A program made the translations under genes and the position numbers. A stretch of DNA of 27,113 bases, taken from NCBI GenBank assembly GCA_026395275.1, contig JAPLZA010000082.1:2316-29428 (forward strand). Reading direction: 5' to 3'. This document shows positions 1 to 10,005 of this stretch, piece after piece. Each line of letters begins with the position of its first letter. Positions within the stretch are counted from its first letter, which is position 1. The stretch is from Candidatus Staskawiczbacteria bacterium. Its GTDB lineage: Bacteria > Patescibacteriota > Minisyncoccia > Minisyncoccales > Staskawiczbacteraceae. A model generated the notes under the pieces. It had not been told where the DNA came from. It was given only the letters and a program-made list of their open reading frames with translations, and ran no database searches.

Positions 1-1058
1 TAAACCTCTAAGTACCACAGTTATTCCAACTTATCGTCGCCCTCAGTTGCTCAAGCGCGCAATTTTGAGCGTGTTGGATCAAACCTATCAGAATTTCCAA
101 ATTTTTGTTTGCGACAATGCTTCAGGAGACGAGACGGCGCAGGTAGTGGCCGAGATAGCAAAAAAAGATTCTCGCGTTAAATATTATTGTCAGGAAAAAA
201 ATATCGGCTACCCTAAAAATTTTGTATTTGGGATGAAACTTATCAATACTCCTTTTTTCTCATTCCTATCAGATGACGATATGCTTTTACCAAATTTTTA
301 TCAAACCACAATGGAAGGTTTTAACAAATATCCCGAAGCAATGTTTTCGACTACAGGGCTTGTATCTGTCGACGAAAAAAAGAATAGGTATATTGCTGAA
401 GGACTGGCAAGACGGCATTTATTATCCGCCCGATGGTTTCATAAAACAAATTAAAACCATAGATTTTTCTATGTTAGCCACCCTGTATCGCAAGGAAGTA
501 GTCGAAAAAATGGGATTATTCGACGATAATTTTACATATTTTATTGACGAGTATATCCCTCGCCTTACGACCAAGCTTCCGTATGTTGTGTCCACGGAGC
601 CTTGTTTTATAGCTTGGATTCATGGATTTTCCTTATCTAATGCAGGAAGATTGAAAGCTCGTGCCGTATTTTCAGACTTTAACCGGTTTGTTGATAAGGT
701 GCGCCAGTGGGTTTTACCGATGGATATACTTGAAAAAACAAAACAAGAAATTATTGTCCACGTAAGCCAGTTTAGTAAGCCGGCGTTATATTATATATGT
801 CGCCACTCGATTTGGAATAAGGATTTTGGGAATGCGACTGAGGCGGTAAATATATTGCGCAAAGAGTTAAATGCAAAAAGAATTTTTATGCTTGAATTGA
901 TACTGGGTACATTCAAAACTTTCCCGTGGGCTTTAAACTTCGCTTATCCGTTATTGGAAATTCGAAAGTATATAAGATCTTATAAGAGTCGGCAAACCTT
1001 GCATTCTATGGGCTACTTGGAAAATATTTTAAAGACAATAAATAAATTGAGTCATTAA
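1..1058 (+). pseudogene. Family 2 glycosyltransferase split by a +1 frameshift (5' end lies just outside the window); authentic frameshift or sequencing error
   Basis: The frame of ORF 47..454 is open back to base 2 (KPLSTTVIPTYRRPQLLKRAILSVLDQ), a typical GT2 start, with CDNAS and FLSDDD motifs. The plausible C-terminal half is in the overlapping ORF 273..1058. Removing one A from the A7 run at 375-381 joins the halves (VDEK-RIGILLKDWQDG). Confidence 0.75.
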
Positions 1059-1061
1059 GAC

Positions 1062-1706
1062 ATGAAAGAAGTAAAAAAATTTATTAAATCAATTTACGAC
1101 AATATTTTTAATGACTTCGTCAAAAATTTTAAAAAGGAACTTTCCGAGTGCGACTCAATTTTAGATCTAGGGTGTGGCCCTAACTCACCGGTTCAATTTT
1201 GCGACGCATCTCTCAAGGTTGGGGTTGAGCTATTTGAGCCGTATTTAAAAGAAACTAAAAAGAAAAAAATTCATAATGAATATATCAGAGAAGATATCTT
1301 AAAAGTAGATTTTAAGCCGAAATCATTTGATGCTGTGATAATGATTGATGTCTTGGAGCATCTTACGAAAGAAGACGGATATAAACTAATAAAAAAAATG
1401 GAAAATTGGTCAAAAAAGAAAATTGTTATATTCACGCCAAACGGATTTATAGAAAATGAACCAGAGCGCGATGGTAACATTTTTCAGGAGCACAAATCCG
1501 GTTGGGAAGCGAAAGATCTGAGAAAAATAGGATTTAAGGTTTATGGAAGCGACGGTTGGAAAAAACTTAGAGGGAAAAACGCCGTTATAAAGTATAAGCC
1601 ACATAAACTATTTGTGCTTATTTCAGATATAACACAAAAAATATCTTATGATTATCCAGAAACAGCATTTCATTTATTTGCGGTCAAAGAAACGGGTAAT
1701 AATTAA
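1062..1706 (+). CDS. Class I SAM-dependent methyltransferase
   Basis: Motif I ILDLGCG, acidic GVE, FDAVIMIDVLEHL; lies within the glycan locus. Confidence 0.85.
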   Translation: MKEVKKFIKSIYDNIFNDFVKNFKKELSECDSILDLGCGPNSPVQFCDASLKVGVELFEPYLKETKKKKIHNEYIREDILKVDFKPKSFDAVIMIDVLEHLTKEDGYKLIKKMENWSKKKIVIFTPNGFIENEPERDGNIFQEHKSGWEAKDLRKIGFKVYGSDGWKKLRGKNAVIKYKPHKLFVLISDITQKISYDYPETAFHLFAVKETGNN

Positions 1707-1717
1707 ATTTTTAAATT

Positions 1718-2644
1718 ATGGATTTGAGAAACAGGAAAATTTTAGTTACGGGTGGCGCTGGATTCATCGGGTCTCATGTGGTTGACGCCTTGATCAAAGA
1801 AGGCGCCGATGTTTTTATTATTGATAACCTGTCTACCGGAAGAAAAGAAAACCTGAATCCTAATGCGATATTTTACGAAATGAATATTGCTGACCCGAAT
1901 GTCAGGGATGTTTTCGAAAAGGAAAAACCGGAAATAATTTATCATTTTGCTTTTAATGTATTAGTACCAAAATCGGTAGAGAATCCGTTGATTGACATGG
2001 ATAGTATTTCCGGATCTATTAATATATTGATTAATTGTCAAAAATATGGAGTAAAGAAGGTTATTTTTTCTTCGTCTGGATTTGTTTATGGCAACACGCA
2101 TAATTTGCCGGCCAAAGAAACAGAGCCCGTTGATCCCATTTCTCCTTATGTAGTGGCAAAATTAGCAGTTGAAAATTATCTGAAATTTTTCAAAAAATCA
2201 TACGGACTTTCTTATGTTGTTTTCAGAAATGCCGCGGTTTACGGACCTGGGCAAATAACAGGAGCTATGGCAGATTACGTAAGAAAATTAAAATCTGGAA
2301 AGCAGGCGGATATTTGGGGAGATGGAAACAAAACCAGAGATTATGTTTTTATAGACGATGTTGTCAGTGCAAATTTGCTTGCCCTTGATTTAAGGGATGA
2401 TTTTTCTAATCCGATTTTTAACGTAGGAAACGGCAAAGAGACGACTTTGAATGATTTATATTTTAAAATTGCAAAAATATTAGGCAAAGAACCAAAACCT
2501 ATTTACCACAAAGATAGGCCCGGCGAACAGGTAAGATATTGCCTTGATAATTCCAAGTTGAAAAAATATATGAAATGGAAGCCAAAATATGATTTAGATA
2601 AGGGATTGGAAATGGTCTTAAAATATTGGTCTGAAAATCATTAA
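1718..2644 (+). CDS. NAD-dependent epimerase/dehydratase (UDP-glucose 4-epimerase-like extended SDR)
   Basis: ILVTGGAGFIG, DNLSTG, catalytic YVVAK (YxxxK), GDGNKTRDYVFIDDV. Confidence 0.9.
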   Translation: MDLRNRKILVTGGAGFIGSHVVDALIKEGADVFIIDNLSTGRKENLNPNAIFYEMNIADPNVRDVFEKEKPEIIYHFAFNVLVPKSVENPLIDMDSISGSINILINCQKYGVKKVIFSSSGFVYGNTHNLPAKETEPVDPISPYVVAKLAVENYLKFFKKSYGLSYVVFRNAAVYGPGQITGAMADYVRKLKSGKQADIWGDGNKTRDYVFIDDVVSANLLALDLRDDFSNPIFNVGNGKETTLNDLYFKIAKILGKEPKPIYHKDRPGEQVRYCLDNSKLKKYMKWKPKYDLDKGLEMVLKYWSENH

Positions 2645-2646
2645 TT

Positions 2647-3483
2647 ATGGAAAATCAAAAACTTTTAGTATCTATAATTACTCCAACCTTTAACAGGGGG
2701 AAATTTTTGGAACAAAATATTATAAGTATTAAAAATCAGGATTATCCTTTCATTGAGCACATTGTTATTGATGGCGGTTCGACAGACAATAGTTTAGAAA
2801 TACTTAAAAAATATGAAGGGACGTATAATTTAAAATGGATATCGGAGAAAGATAATGGATGCGCCGATGCAATGAACAAAGGGTTTGAAAGAGCATCCGG
2901 CCAAATATTCTGCTGGTTAGATTCTGACGATTTTTATCTTCCCTGCGCGATAAAAAAAATAGCAGAAGTTTTCAAAAATAATCTTAATGTGGATGCAGTT
3001 TTCGGAGACGTGCTGCTGGGAACCGTGGAAGGTAAAATAATAGGTTATACAAAATATACCTCCTTTAATGCAGAAACATCTATATATTTAGGAATGGTTG
3101 TTGCAACGCAGTCAACATTTTGGAGGAGTACCCTGCATAGAAAAATAAATGGCTTAGATGCAAAATATTTAAGATGTGCAGATTTAGATTTTTTCACCAG
3201 AATGGCGATATCCGGCGCAAAATTTCGTCACGTCCGTAATTTTTTGTCTGTTTATAGGTACCATCCCGGCCAACTGACCCAATCGGTTGATTTGTGCGAG
3301 AAGGAAAAGAAAGAAATTTTTCAAAAATATTCAGATAATAAGCTCAATGCGAGAGGCCTGAAATTAAAAAGAATGAAGCTTTTGTTGGAACGAGCCGTTA
3401 ATTTCATCAAACAGGGAGATATTTGGTATGTTTTTAAAGGGATTTTAAGGCGTTTTGACTTTTTATACGCAGTGAATAAATAA
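2647..3483 (+). CDS. Family 2 glycosyltransferase (WcaE-like)
   Basis: VSIITPTFN, IDGGSTD, DAMNKG, WLDSDD, ADLDFFTR. Confidence 0.9.
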   Translation: MENQKLLVSIITPTFNRGKFLEQNIISIKNQDYPFIEHIVIDGGSTDNSLEILKKYEGTYNLKWISEKDNGCADAMNKGFERASGQIFCWLDSDDFYLPCAIKKIAEVFKNNLNVDAVFGDVLLGTVEGKIIGYTKYTSFNAETSIYLGMVVATQSTFWRSTLHRKINGLDAKYLRCADLDFFTRMAISGAKFRHVRNFLSVYRYHPGQLTQSVDLCEKEKKEIFQKYSDNKLNARGLKLKRMKLLLERAVNFIKQGDIWYVFKGILRRFDFLYAVNK

Positions 3484-3496
3484 AATAATTCCATTT

Positions 3497-4408
3497 ATGA
3501 AAATATCCGTATTTTATAAAAAAATTGTTAATAAATTAATTGGAAAAACGTTTACTTTTTGGCAAATGTTGGGATTTCACATAACCCCTGTTCATTTCTA
3601 TGAACCGATACCGGACACAAGAAGATTAAAAAAAGAGCTATGGCAAAAAAACTCAGATATGATCGGGATTAGTTTGGAAGAAGAAAAACAAATTGAGTTG
3701 CTTTCTGCTTTTGTTAAAAAATTTAAAGGTGAGTATGATTTATTCTTTGGCGATAAACTCAGCGGCGCCGATGGAGTCAATATTAAAAATAGTGAATTTA
3801 ACTCCGTAGATGCAGAAATTCTTTATTGTATGGTTAGATATTTAAAGCCCAAGAATATAATAGAAATAGGGTCCGGCTGTTCGACTATTATTATGGCCAA
3901 GGCTATTGCTAAGAATAAAGATGAGTTTGGGATAGAGTGCAAGTTGACTACAATAGATCCGTATCTCAAAAAATTTAATAAAAATGAAATATCAAGTTCT
4001 TTTAATTCCATAGAGAAAGAGGTTCAAGACGTTAGATTAGATGAATTTAATAAGTTAAGAGAGAATGATATATTATTTATAGATTCAAGCCATGTTCTCA
4101 AAATTGGTAGTGATGTGCAATATGAATATTTGGAGATATTGCCTCGTTTAAACAAGGGCGTTGTTGTCCACTCGCACGATGTTTTTTTACCGACTGAATA
4201 TCCGAAAGAGTGGGTATTAAAAGAACACAGGTTTTTCAACGAACAGTATTTATTGCAGGCGTTCTTGGCATTTAATAAAAAATTTGAAGTGCTATGGGGC
4301 GGGAGTTATATGCATTTAAAACATAAGGAATTACTAAAAAACGCCTTTAACTCTTACAATCCTGATGTAAATTGGCCGGGCAGTTTCTGGATGAAAAAGA
4401 TAGAGTAA
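3497..4408 (+). CDS. Class I SAM-dependent methyltransferase (Methyltransf_24-like)
   Basis: IIEIGSGCST, LFIDSSHV, VVHSHDVFLP motifs. Confidence 0.85.
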   Translation: MKISVFYKKIVNKLIGKTFTFWQMLGFHITPVHFYEPIPDTRRLKKELWQKNSDMIGISLEEEKQIELLSAFVKKFKGEYDLFFGDKLSGADGVNIKNSEFNSVDAEILYCMVRYLKPKNIIEIGSGCSTIIMAKAIAKNKDEFGIECKLTTIDPYLKKFNKNEISSSFNSIEKEVQDVRLDEFNKLRENDILFIDSSHVLKIGSDVQYEYLEILPRLNKGVVVHSHDVFLPTEYPKEWVLKEHRFFNEQYLLQAFLAFNKKFEVLWGGSYMHLKHKELLKNAFNSYNPDVNWPGSFWMKKIE

Positions 4409-4438
4409 ATATATAATAATTTCGTAAGTTGCAGTGTC

Positions 4439-5650
4439 ATGGAAAAAAATAAAGATAAATACAAAATCGCAATAGTTGCTCCAGTCCCTTTTTATTACCA
4501 CGTACCCCTTTACCAAAAATTAAGCAGATCTTCAAAAATTGATTTGCTGGTTTATTATTGTTCTGACGAAACGCTCCATGGCATCGACGTCGAAAAAAAT
4601 TATTTTATAAAAAACAAGTTTGTTGATTCGGGAAAATTGTTAAGGGGGTACAAATATGATTTTCTCAAAAATTATTCATTATCTCCCTCTTATATGAATT
4701 GGCCGTTTGGTTTAGTGAATTTTGGTATTTGGAAGGAAATTAAAAAAAATAAATATGATGCGATTATTCTTCAGGCATGGAATAATTTTACTTGGTGGCT
4801 GGCATTTTTCGCCTGCTTGATATTTAAAACTCCCGTTATATTCATGACCGACGAAAATAATTTAGCGAAACACCTGAAGTCTAAATGGAAGATTATTTTT
4901 AAAAAATTACTTATTGGGAATTTTATTTTTAAATTTGCATCAGGATTTCTAACATCAGGGATAGCAAATGATGATTTTTATAGACATTACGTAGTTCCGC
5001 AAAATAAATTAGTGCAGTTTCATTTTTCCTGGGAATACGAACAGTTTTTAGATATAGCTAAAAAACTAGAATTGCAGCAAACTAAAATTAGGGCTTCTTT
5101 GGGAATAAGAGACGATGATTTTGTCATAATATTCGTTGGCCGACTTACTGAGCAGAAAAATCTTTTTACGCTTTTAGATGCCTATAATTTAGTTGGCTGC
5201 CTTTATAAAAAAATTTTTATAATCGGCGATGGCAATTTGCGTTTAAGCCTGGAACAGTATGTCAAAGATTTAGGAACAAAAGGAGTTTCTTTCGTGGGTT
5301 TTCAGTCCAGAGATGCTATACCTAATTTTTATGCTATAGCTGATGTCTTGATTTTACCTTCCACGTTTGAACCATGGGGAATCGCGGTAAGCGAGGCGAT
5401 GTGTTTTGGATCTCCGATTATAGCCTCAGACAGAGTTGGCGCGGCGGTCGACCTTGTCCGCGATGGATATAATGGATTTATATTTCCCGCAGAAGATGCA
5501 AAACAACTTTCCGCATGCATTGAAAAAATGATTCGTTTAACGCCGGATCAACGCCAAGTTTTTAGAGAAAGATCTCATAAAATAATTAAGCAATGGCTAG
5601 ATATAGACCCGGAGCAGCAGATGCTTAAGGTCTTAAAATTAGTAGAATGA
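4439..5650 (+). CDS. Family 4 glycosyltransferase (GT-B)
   Basis: FVGRLTEQKN, IIGDG, EPWGIAVSEAM (EX7E), ASDRVGAAVDLVRDGYNG. Confidence 0.9.
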   Translation: MEKNKDKYKIAIVAPVPFYYHVPLYQKLSRSSKIDLLVYYCSDETLHGIDVEKNYFIKNKFVDSGKLLRGYKYDFLKNYSLSPSYMNWPFGLVNFGIWKEIKKNKYDAIILQAWNNFTWWLAFFACLIFKTPVIFMTDENNLAKHLKSKWKIIFKKLLIGNFIFKFASGFLTSGIANDDFYRHYVVPQNKLVQFHFSWEYEQFLDIAKKLELQQTKIRASLGIRDDDFVIIFVGRLTEQKNLFTLLDAYNLVGCLYKKIFIIGDGNLRLSLEQYVKDLGTKGVSFVGFQSRDAIPNFYAIADVLILPSTFEPWGIAVSEAMCFGSPIIASDRVGAAVDLVRDGYNGFIFPAEDAKQLSACIEKMIRLTPDQRQVFRERSHKIIKQWLDIDPEQQMLKVLKLVE

Positions 5651-5692
5651 TAATTATGGTCGCGAAAATAAATTTTTAATTTTTCTTATTTA

Positions 5693-6544
5693 ATGAATAA
5701 AAAATTTGATATCCCATTTCTCGTAAAAGTTCTTGTTTATTCTAAATATTTTCCAATAATCGTAATCAGGGTAAAAAACTGGTGCATTTTTGTTTTAAAT
5801 TATATTGGTATAAGGAATGATATTAATTTCGTCTACGCTCTAAGAGACGGAACAAAAATCAAAGTTGACGACAATATAAACATTGCTACTATGGCCGTGG
5901 TTTTTATAAAAAAAGATTATGGAGAAGTTGAAAAGAATTCGGTAATAATTGATATCGGGGCAAATATAGGGGTGTATTCTGTTTTTGCCGCAAGAAAAGA
6001 GAACAATATTGTTTATGCTTTCGAGCCGATGACAAATAATTTTAAATTACTGGTAGAGAATATTAAGCTTAATAAGTTGGAAGGGAAAATTCTACCGTTC
6101 AATTTGGCCGTTGGTGCAAAAAAAGAGAAAAGAACCCTGTATTTAGGAGGTTCTCCTTTCCATTCATTATATCCGGCAGAGAATTCTCCCTTTAACACTC
6201 GATACGACAACAAACTGACAGCAAAGCAAAATTATATAGAAATAGAGTGTATATCTTTAAAAGACATTTTTCAAGAAAATAAAATAGGTTATTGTAATAT
6301 GTTAAAATTAGATTGTGAAGGTGCGGAATTTGAGATATTATATAGTCTCCCCGAGGAATATTTTAAAAAAATAGAAAAAATTAGAGTTGAGTATCACGAC
6401 CACAAAGTAGATAATAATTGTACTGGTAAAAAATTAGCAGAGTTCTTGATTAATAAAGGTTTCAAAATAGAAAAATTAAAAGAAGTCTCTCCTTATAATG
6501 GAGATATGTGGTTTTTCAACCCCGGATATAGAAAAGCTTATTAA
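5693..6544 (+). CDS. FkbM family methyltransferase
   Basis: IIDIGANIG, VYAFEP, LKLDCEGAEFEIL. Confidence 0.9.
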   Translation: MNKKFDIPFLVKVLVYSKYFPIIVIRVKNWCIFVLNYIGIRNDINFVYALRDGTKIKVDDNINIATMAVVFIKKDYGEVEKNSVIIDIGANIGVYSVFAARKENNIVYAFEPMTNNFKLLVENIKLNKLEGKILPFNLAVGAKKEKRTLYLGGSPFHSLYPAENSPFNTRYDNKLTAKQNYIEIECISLKDIFQENKIGYCNMLKLDCEGAEFEILYSLPEEYFKKIEKIRVEYHDHKVDNNCTGKKLAEFLINKGFKIEKLKEVSPYNGDMWFFNPGYRKAY

Positions 6545-6549
6545 TAAAC

Positions 6550-7800
6550 ATGAAAACAAAGCTTAAGGTCTTAATCTGCGTCTTTGCGTGTATTAAAGAT
6601 CCCGATGATGAATTCAGCTCCTCTGCCGGAGGAGAGACGGTTTTAGGTTGGAATATAATTATACAACTCTCAAGATTTTTTGAAATTTCTGCTTTAACCG
6701 ATATAGGGAACAAGAATCTTATCGAAGAAAAATTGGCAGATGGCAGTCTTTCTGGAGTAGATTTTTATTATATAGGTCTACCGAAATTTTTAAATTTTAC
6801 AAAAAAATGGATTCAGATTTATGCTTATATTTGGCAGATAAAAGCATATTTTGTCGCTCGGAAGTTAAATAAAGAAAAAAAATTTGATGTTTTTCATCAC
6901 GTAACCTATGCAAACGATTGGATGGCAAGCTTTATGGGCGCATTTTTACCGATTCCATATATGCGCGGTCCTGGAGGCGGGGCGCATCGCGTTCCCAAAA
7001 AATTTGTTAGAGAATATTCTTTCAAACAACGAGTGACAGAAAATATCCGAAGTATCGGTCAATGGATTTTTCGCCATGATCCGATTTTTATAATCGGACA
7101 AAATAAGGCAAAGGCTATTTTGGTTTGCAATAAAGAATCGTTTGATGCCTTGTCTGAGAGTTGGCAAAAAAAGGCTTATTTTTTCCCCGTGAACGGATTG
7201 GCTCCAGAAGATTTATTGGCATTAGACAAAGGATTAAGTAATGAAAATGATGCATTTTCTGTTTTATCGGCCGGCAAGCTCATTAAAATAAAAGGGTTCG
7301 ATTTGGCCATAAGAGCATTTAAAATTTTCAGCGAAAAAGCTTATAATGCCAAGTTTACAATAGTGGGTGATGGGCCGGAACTTAAAAAAATAGAAAATTT
7401 AATTTATGATTTAAATATTAAAGACAGGGTTGTCTTAGAAAAATGGATGCCCAGAGAAAAACTATTTGAAAAAATGGCAGGGTGCGATGTATTTTTGTTC
7501 GCCAGCCTAAGAGACGGGGGAGGAAACGTTGTCGTAGAGGCGATGGCCGCAGGAAAGCCCGTCATTTGTTTTGATATAGCGGGACCCGGTTTTCATATAG
7601 ATGAAAAATGTGGCATAAAAATTAGACCGGATAGCCCGGAGCAATCCATCAAAGATATGGCTTCTGCTTTAGCAAAGCTATATTCTAATAAAGAATTAAG
7701 AGTGAAATTAGGCGCAGGAGCCAGAAAAAAAGCGGAGAAAGAATATGATTGGGACAAATTGGGAAATAGATTAAATGAAATTTACAAAAAAGTCTTATGA
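6550..7800 (+). CDS. Family 4 glycosyltransferase (GT-B)
   Basis: SAGKLIKIKG, IVGDGPE, DGGGNVVVEAMAAGKPVI (D replaces the first E of EX7E). Confidence 0.9.
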   Translation: MKTKLKVLICVFACIKDPDDEFSSSAGGETVLGWNIIIQLSRFFEISALTDIGNKNLIEEKLADGSLSGVDFYYIGLPKFLNFTKKWIQIYAYIWQIKAYFVARKLNKEKKFDVFHHVTYANDWMASFMGAFLPIPYMRGPGGGAHRVPKKFVREYSFKQRVTENIRSIGQWIFRHDPIFIIGQNKAKAILVCNKESFDALSESWQKKAYFFPVNGLAPEDLLALDKGLSNENDAFSVLSAGKLIKIKGFDLAIRAFKIFSEKAYNAKFTIVGDGPELKKIENLIYDLNIKDRVVLEKWMPREKLFEKMAGCDVFLFASLRDGGGNVVVEAMAAGKPVICFDIAGPGFHIDEKCGIKIRPDSPEQSIKDMASALAKLYSNKELRVKLGAGARKKAEKEYDWDKLGNRLNEIYKKVL

Positions 7801-9977
7801 CAAATTTTCTTGAAGAAAAAATAAAAAAATATCAGGAGTCTATTATGGCTGTATTTTTGTGGTTTTGTGTTTGGGCAACTTATGACACCGAGATAAGCCG
7901 ATTTTGGAACCTAGGATTTCCTCATAACACCCTAGATTTATTACATGGATTGCGCTCTCTTTTTCCGTTTTTGGCACTGATATTGTCTGGGCTTATTTTG
8001 TTTAAAAAAAAATTTTTACCCAAAAAAATATTTGCAACTCCGCTTGGACTGTTGGGGATTTTTACTATTATTGGAATAGTCGCTTCAGTGTTTTCTAAAA
8101 ATCCTTTTTCGGCTCTATATTGGGGAATTTTGTATGGTTCTGTGATATTAGTTCTCTTGACTATCGTAGAAAATAAGGAGTTATTAAAAAGAATTATTAA
8201 AATCAATTGGATTGTCGCGGGGATTTTAGCTTTGGGCTTAACTGCGTTTCTTTTTATTCAGCCGGGATTTGTAAAATCTTTAACTCTCGATTTTTTGGTT
8301 TGCGGCCAAAGACCGTATGAGAGTTTGGGCAGTATTGGAGCCGCAATAAATACTTTTGGCGTAGCGGGAACAAGGCCGACAGGACTTGGCAGATACGCAG
8401 GAGTTGTCGCAGTTATTGCCTTTGTTAGTTTTTGCCTTGTCCCCACGGGAAGGTTTTCAAAAAAACGTTCGAAATTTATTTGGTTTTTTACTTTCATTAT
8501 TTTTTTAGGTATTCTTCTTTTTTCTAAAGGAAAAACAGAGATGATAGGTTTTATAATCGCGATGGTATTTGCTATTTTGGCAAGCAATAAATTAAAAATA
8601 AGTTTTATATTGGGAGCCGTTTTTATTATTTTATTAACTAGCTTTATCATGCTTTATAATATTCCTTGCACAAATGATATAAGTATAATTAATTTTAATT
8701 CTCCTAAAATTATTACTCCTGGTTCTCCTAAAATTATTACTCCTGGTTCTCCTAAAATTGCTGTAAATTTTGCTAACGGACAAAGCACATCGAATACTTT
8801 AAGACTAATAAACACAAAAGGCATTTCTACATTAAGCGGAAGAACCAATGGTGTTTGGGCTGATGCCTGGCATTTGTTTTTGAAAAATCCTTTATTAGGA
8901 TTTGGGTTTCAGGCAGATAGATTTTCTCTTAATGGTCAACACGCCCATAACTCTATATTGCACGCCTTAATACAAACGGGTATTTTAGGGACTATTCCTT
9001 TTGTACTGGCATTTATTTTGGTTTTTGTTTTTTTATTCAGGCTCTTAAAAAATCCGCAGATTGAACAAAAAGAAAGAAATTTTTTGATAATGATTTCAGC
9101 AGTTTTGGTATTTTTTGCAGTGAGGAGCATCACCGAATCTGTGGCTTTTTTTAGCGCCGATTGGCTTTTTATGGCTCCCATAATAGCCTATATACAATGT
9201 TTAGATAGCCGAATAAGAAAAGAAAAAGATAATTCGGAGATTTATTGTTGCGGGAACAAGATTGATTTAATAAAAACTTCGGATGTTATAAAAAAAATAA
9301 GCTACTGGATTAAAAGTGAACCGCAGAAATTGCATTGGATTGTGAATACCGGAATGCACGGAATAGTTGAGGCAGAGAAGCATGCAGATTTCAAATATAT
9401 TCTTAGTTCATCTGATATGTTTGTATCGGATGGAATTTCTGTGGTTTGGCTGGCGCGCCTCAAAGGTTTTAATGTTAAAAAGCGCGTTACTGCTGCAGAT
9501 CTAATGATAGAATTTTTTAAGGTTGCCAATAAAGAAGGTTATAGTAATTATTTTTATGGAGACACTGAAGAAACCCTACAGGCCCTAAATAAAAAAATAT
9601 TAACTGATTTTCCAAATTCAAAAATTGCAGGTAGTTATTCTCCTCCATTTAAAAAATTAACCGAACAAGAAGATAAAATTATTATAGAGAAAATTAATCA
9701 AGCAAGGCCGGATGTTCTATGGGTTGGATTAGGCTTGCCTAAACAGGAGCAATGGATTTTTAAGCACAAGGACGTTTTAAGTGTTCCCGTAGTGATTGGC
9801 GTAGGCGCTGGATTTAAGTTTTTGTCTGGTAAAGTCAAAATGGCTCCTAAATGGATTGGAGACACAGGTTTTGAATGGTTGTGGCGCCTTTTGCATGAAC
9901 CCAAACGGATATGGAAGAGGGTTTTTTTATACGGTCCAATTTTTTGTTGGTTGGTTGTAAAAGACCTATTTTTTTGA
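7797..9977 (+). CDS. Fusion: O-antigen ligase/Wzy_C-like membrane protein (N-terminal ~480 aa) plus WecB/TagA/CpsF (GT26) glycosyltransferase (C-terminal ~245 aa)
   Basis: Many hydrophobic helices with LSGR...W...NPLLGFG and HAHNSILHALIQTGILG. The C-terminal part has SDG, RVTAAD, VGLGLPKQE, GVGAG and GFEWLWRLLHEPKRIWKR. One uninterrupted 726-codon frame; ATGA overlap with the upstream gene. Confidence 0.85.
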   Translation: MTNFLEEKIKKYQESIMAVFLWFCVWATYDTEISRFWNLGFPHNTLDLLHGLRSLFPFLALILSGLILFKKKFLPKKIFATPLGLLGIFTIIGIVASVFSKNPFSALYWGILYGSVILVLLTIVENKELLKRIIKINWIVAGILALGLTAFLFIQPGFVKSLTLDFLVCGQRPYESLGSIGAAINTFGVAGTRPTGLGRYAGVVAVIAFVSFCLVPTGRFSKKRSKFIWFFTFIIFLGILLFSKGKTEMIGFIIAMVFAILASNKLKISFILGAVFIILLTSFIMLYNIPCTNDISIINFNSPKIITPGSPKIITPGSPKIAVNFANGQSTSNTLRLINTKGISTLSGRTNGVWADAWHLFLKNPLLGFGFQADRFSLNGQHAHNSILHALIQTGILGTIPFVLAFILVFVFLFRLLKNPQIEQKERNFLIMISAVLVFFAVRSITESVAFFSADWLFMAPIIAYIQCLDSRIRKEKDNSEIYCCGNKIDLIKTSDVIKKISYWIKSEPQKLHWIVNTGMHGIVEAEKHADFKYILSSSDMFVSDGISVVWLARLKGFNVKKRVTAADLMIEFFKVANKEGYSNYFYGDTEETLQALNKKILTDFPNSKIAGSYSPPFKKLTEQEDKIIIEKINQARPDVLWVGLGLPKQEQWIFKHKDVLSVPVVIGVGAGFKFLSGKVKMAPKWIGDTGFEWLWRLLHEPKRIWKRVFLYGPIFCWLVVKDLFF
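8699..8759 (+). repeat. Perfect in-frame 24-bp tandem repeat, about 2.5 copies, encoding (SPKIITPG)x2-SPKI
   Basis: Unit TTCTCCTAAAATTATTACTCCTGG at 8699-8722 and 8723-8746; partial third copy at 8747-8759. Confidence 0.95.
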
Positions 9978-10005
9978 TAATCTAAATTAATTAAATATTT
10001 ATAAT

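Noticed and set aside
376-382. In-frame A_AAA_AAG, the classic -1 ribosomal frameshift heptamer
   Set aside because: The downstream half of the GT2 is in the +1 frame, so a -1 shift would not join the two ORFs.
273-1058. ORF 273..1058 as an independent gene
   Set aside because: Its first ~35 codons overlap the GT2 catalytic region in another frame; it is better explained as the frameshifted C-terminal half.
5390-5397. Third copy of GCCTCGCT (on the - strand)
   Set aside because: It lies inside the conserved GT4 motif codons with no partner arm; treated as chance.
8699-8759. 24-bp repeats as a CRISPR array
   Set aside because: The copies are head-to-tail with no spacers, lie in frame within a CDS, and no cas genes are nearby.
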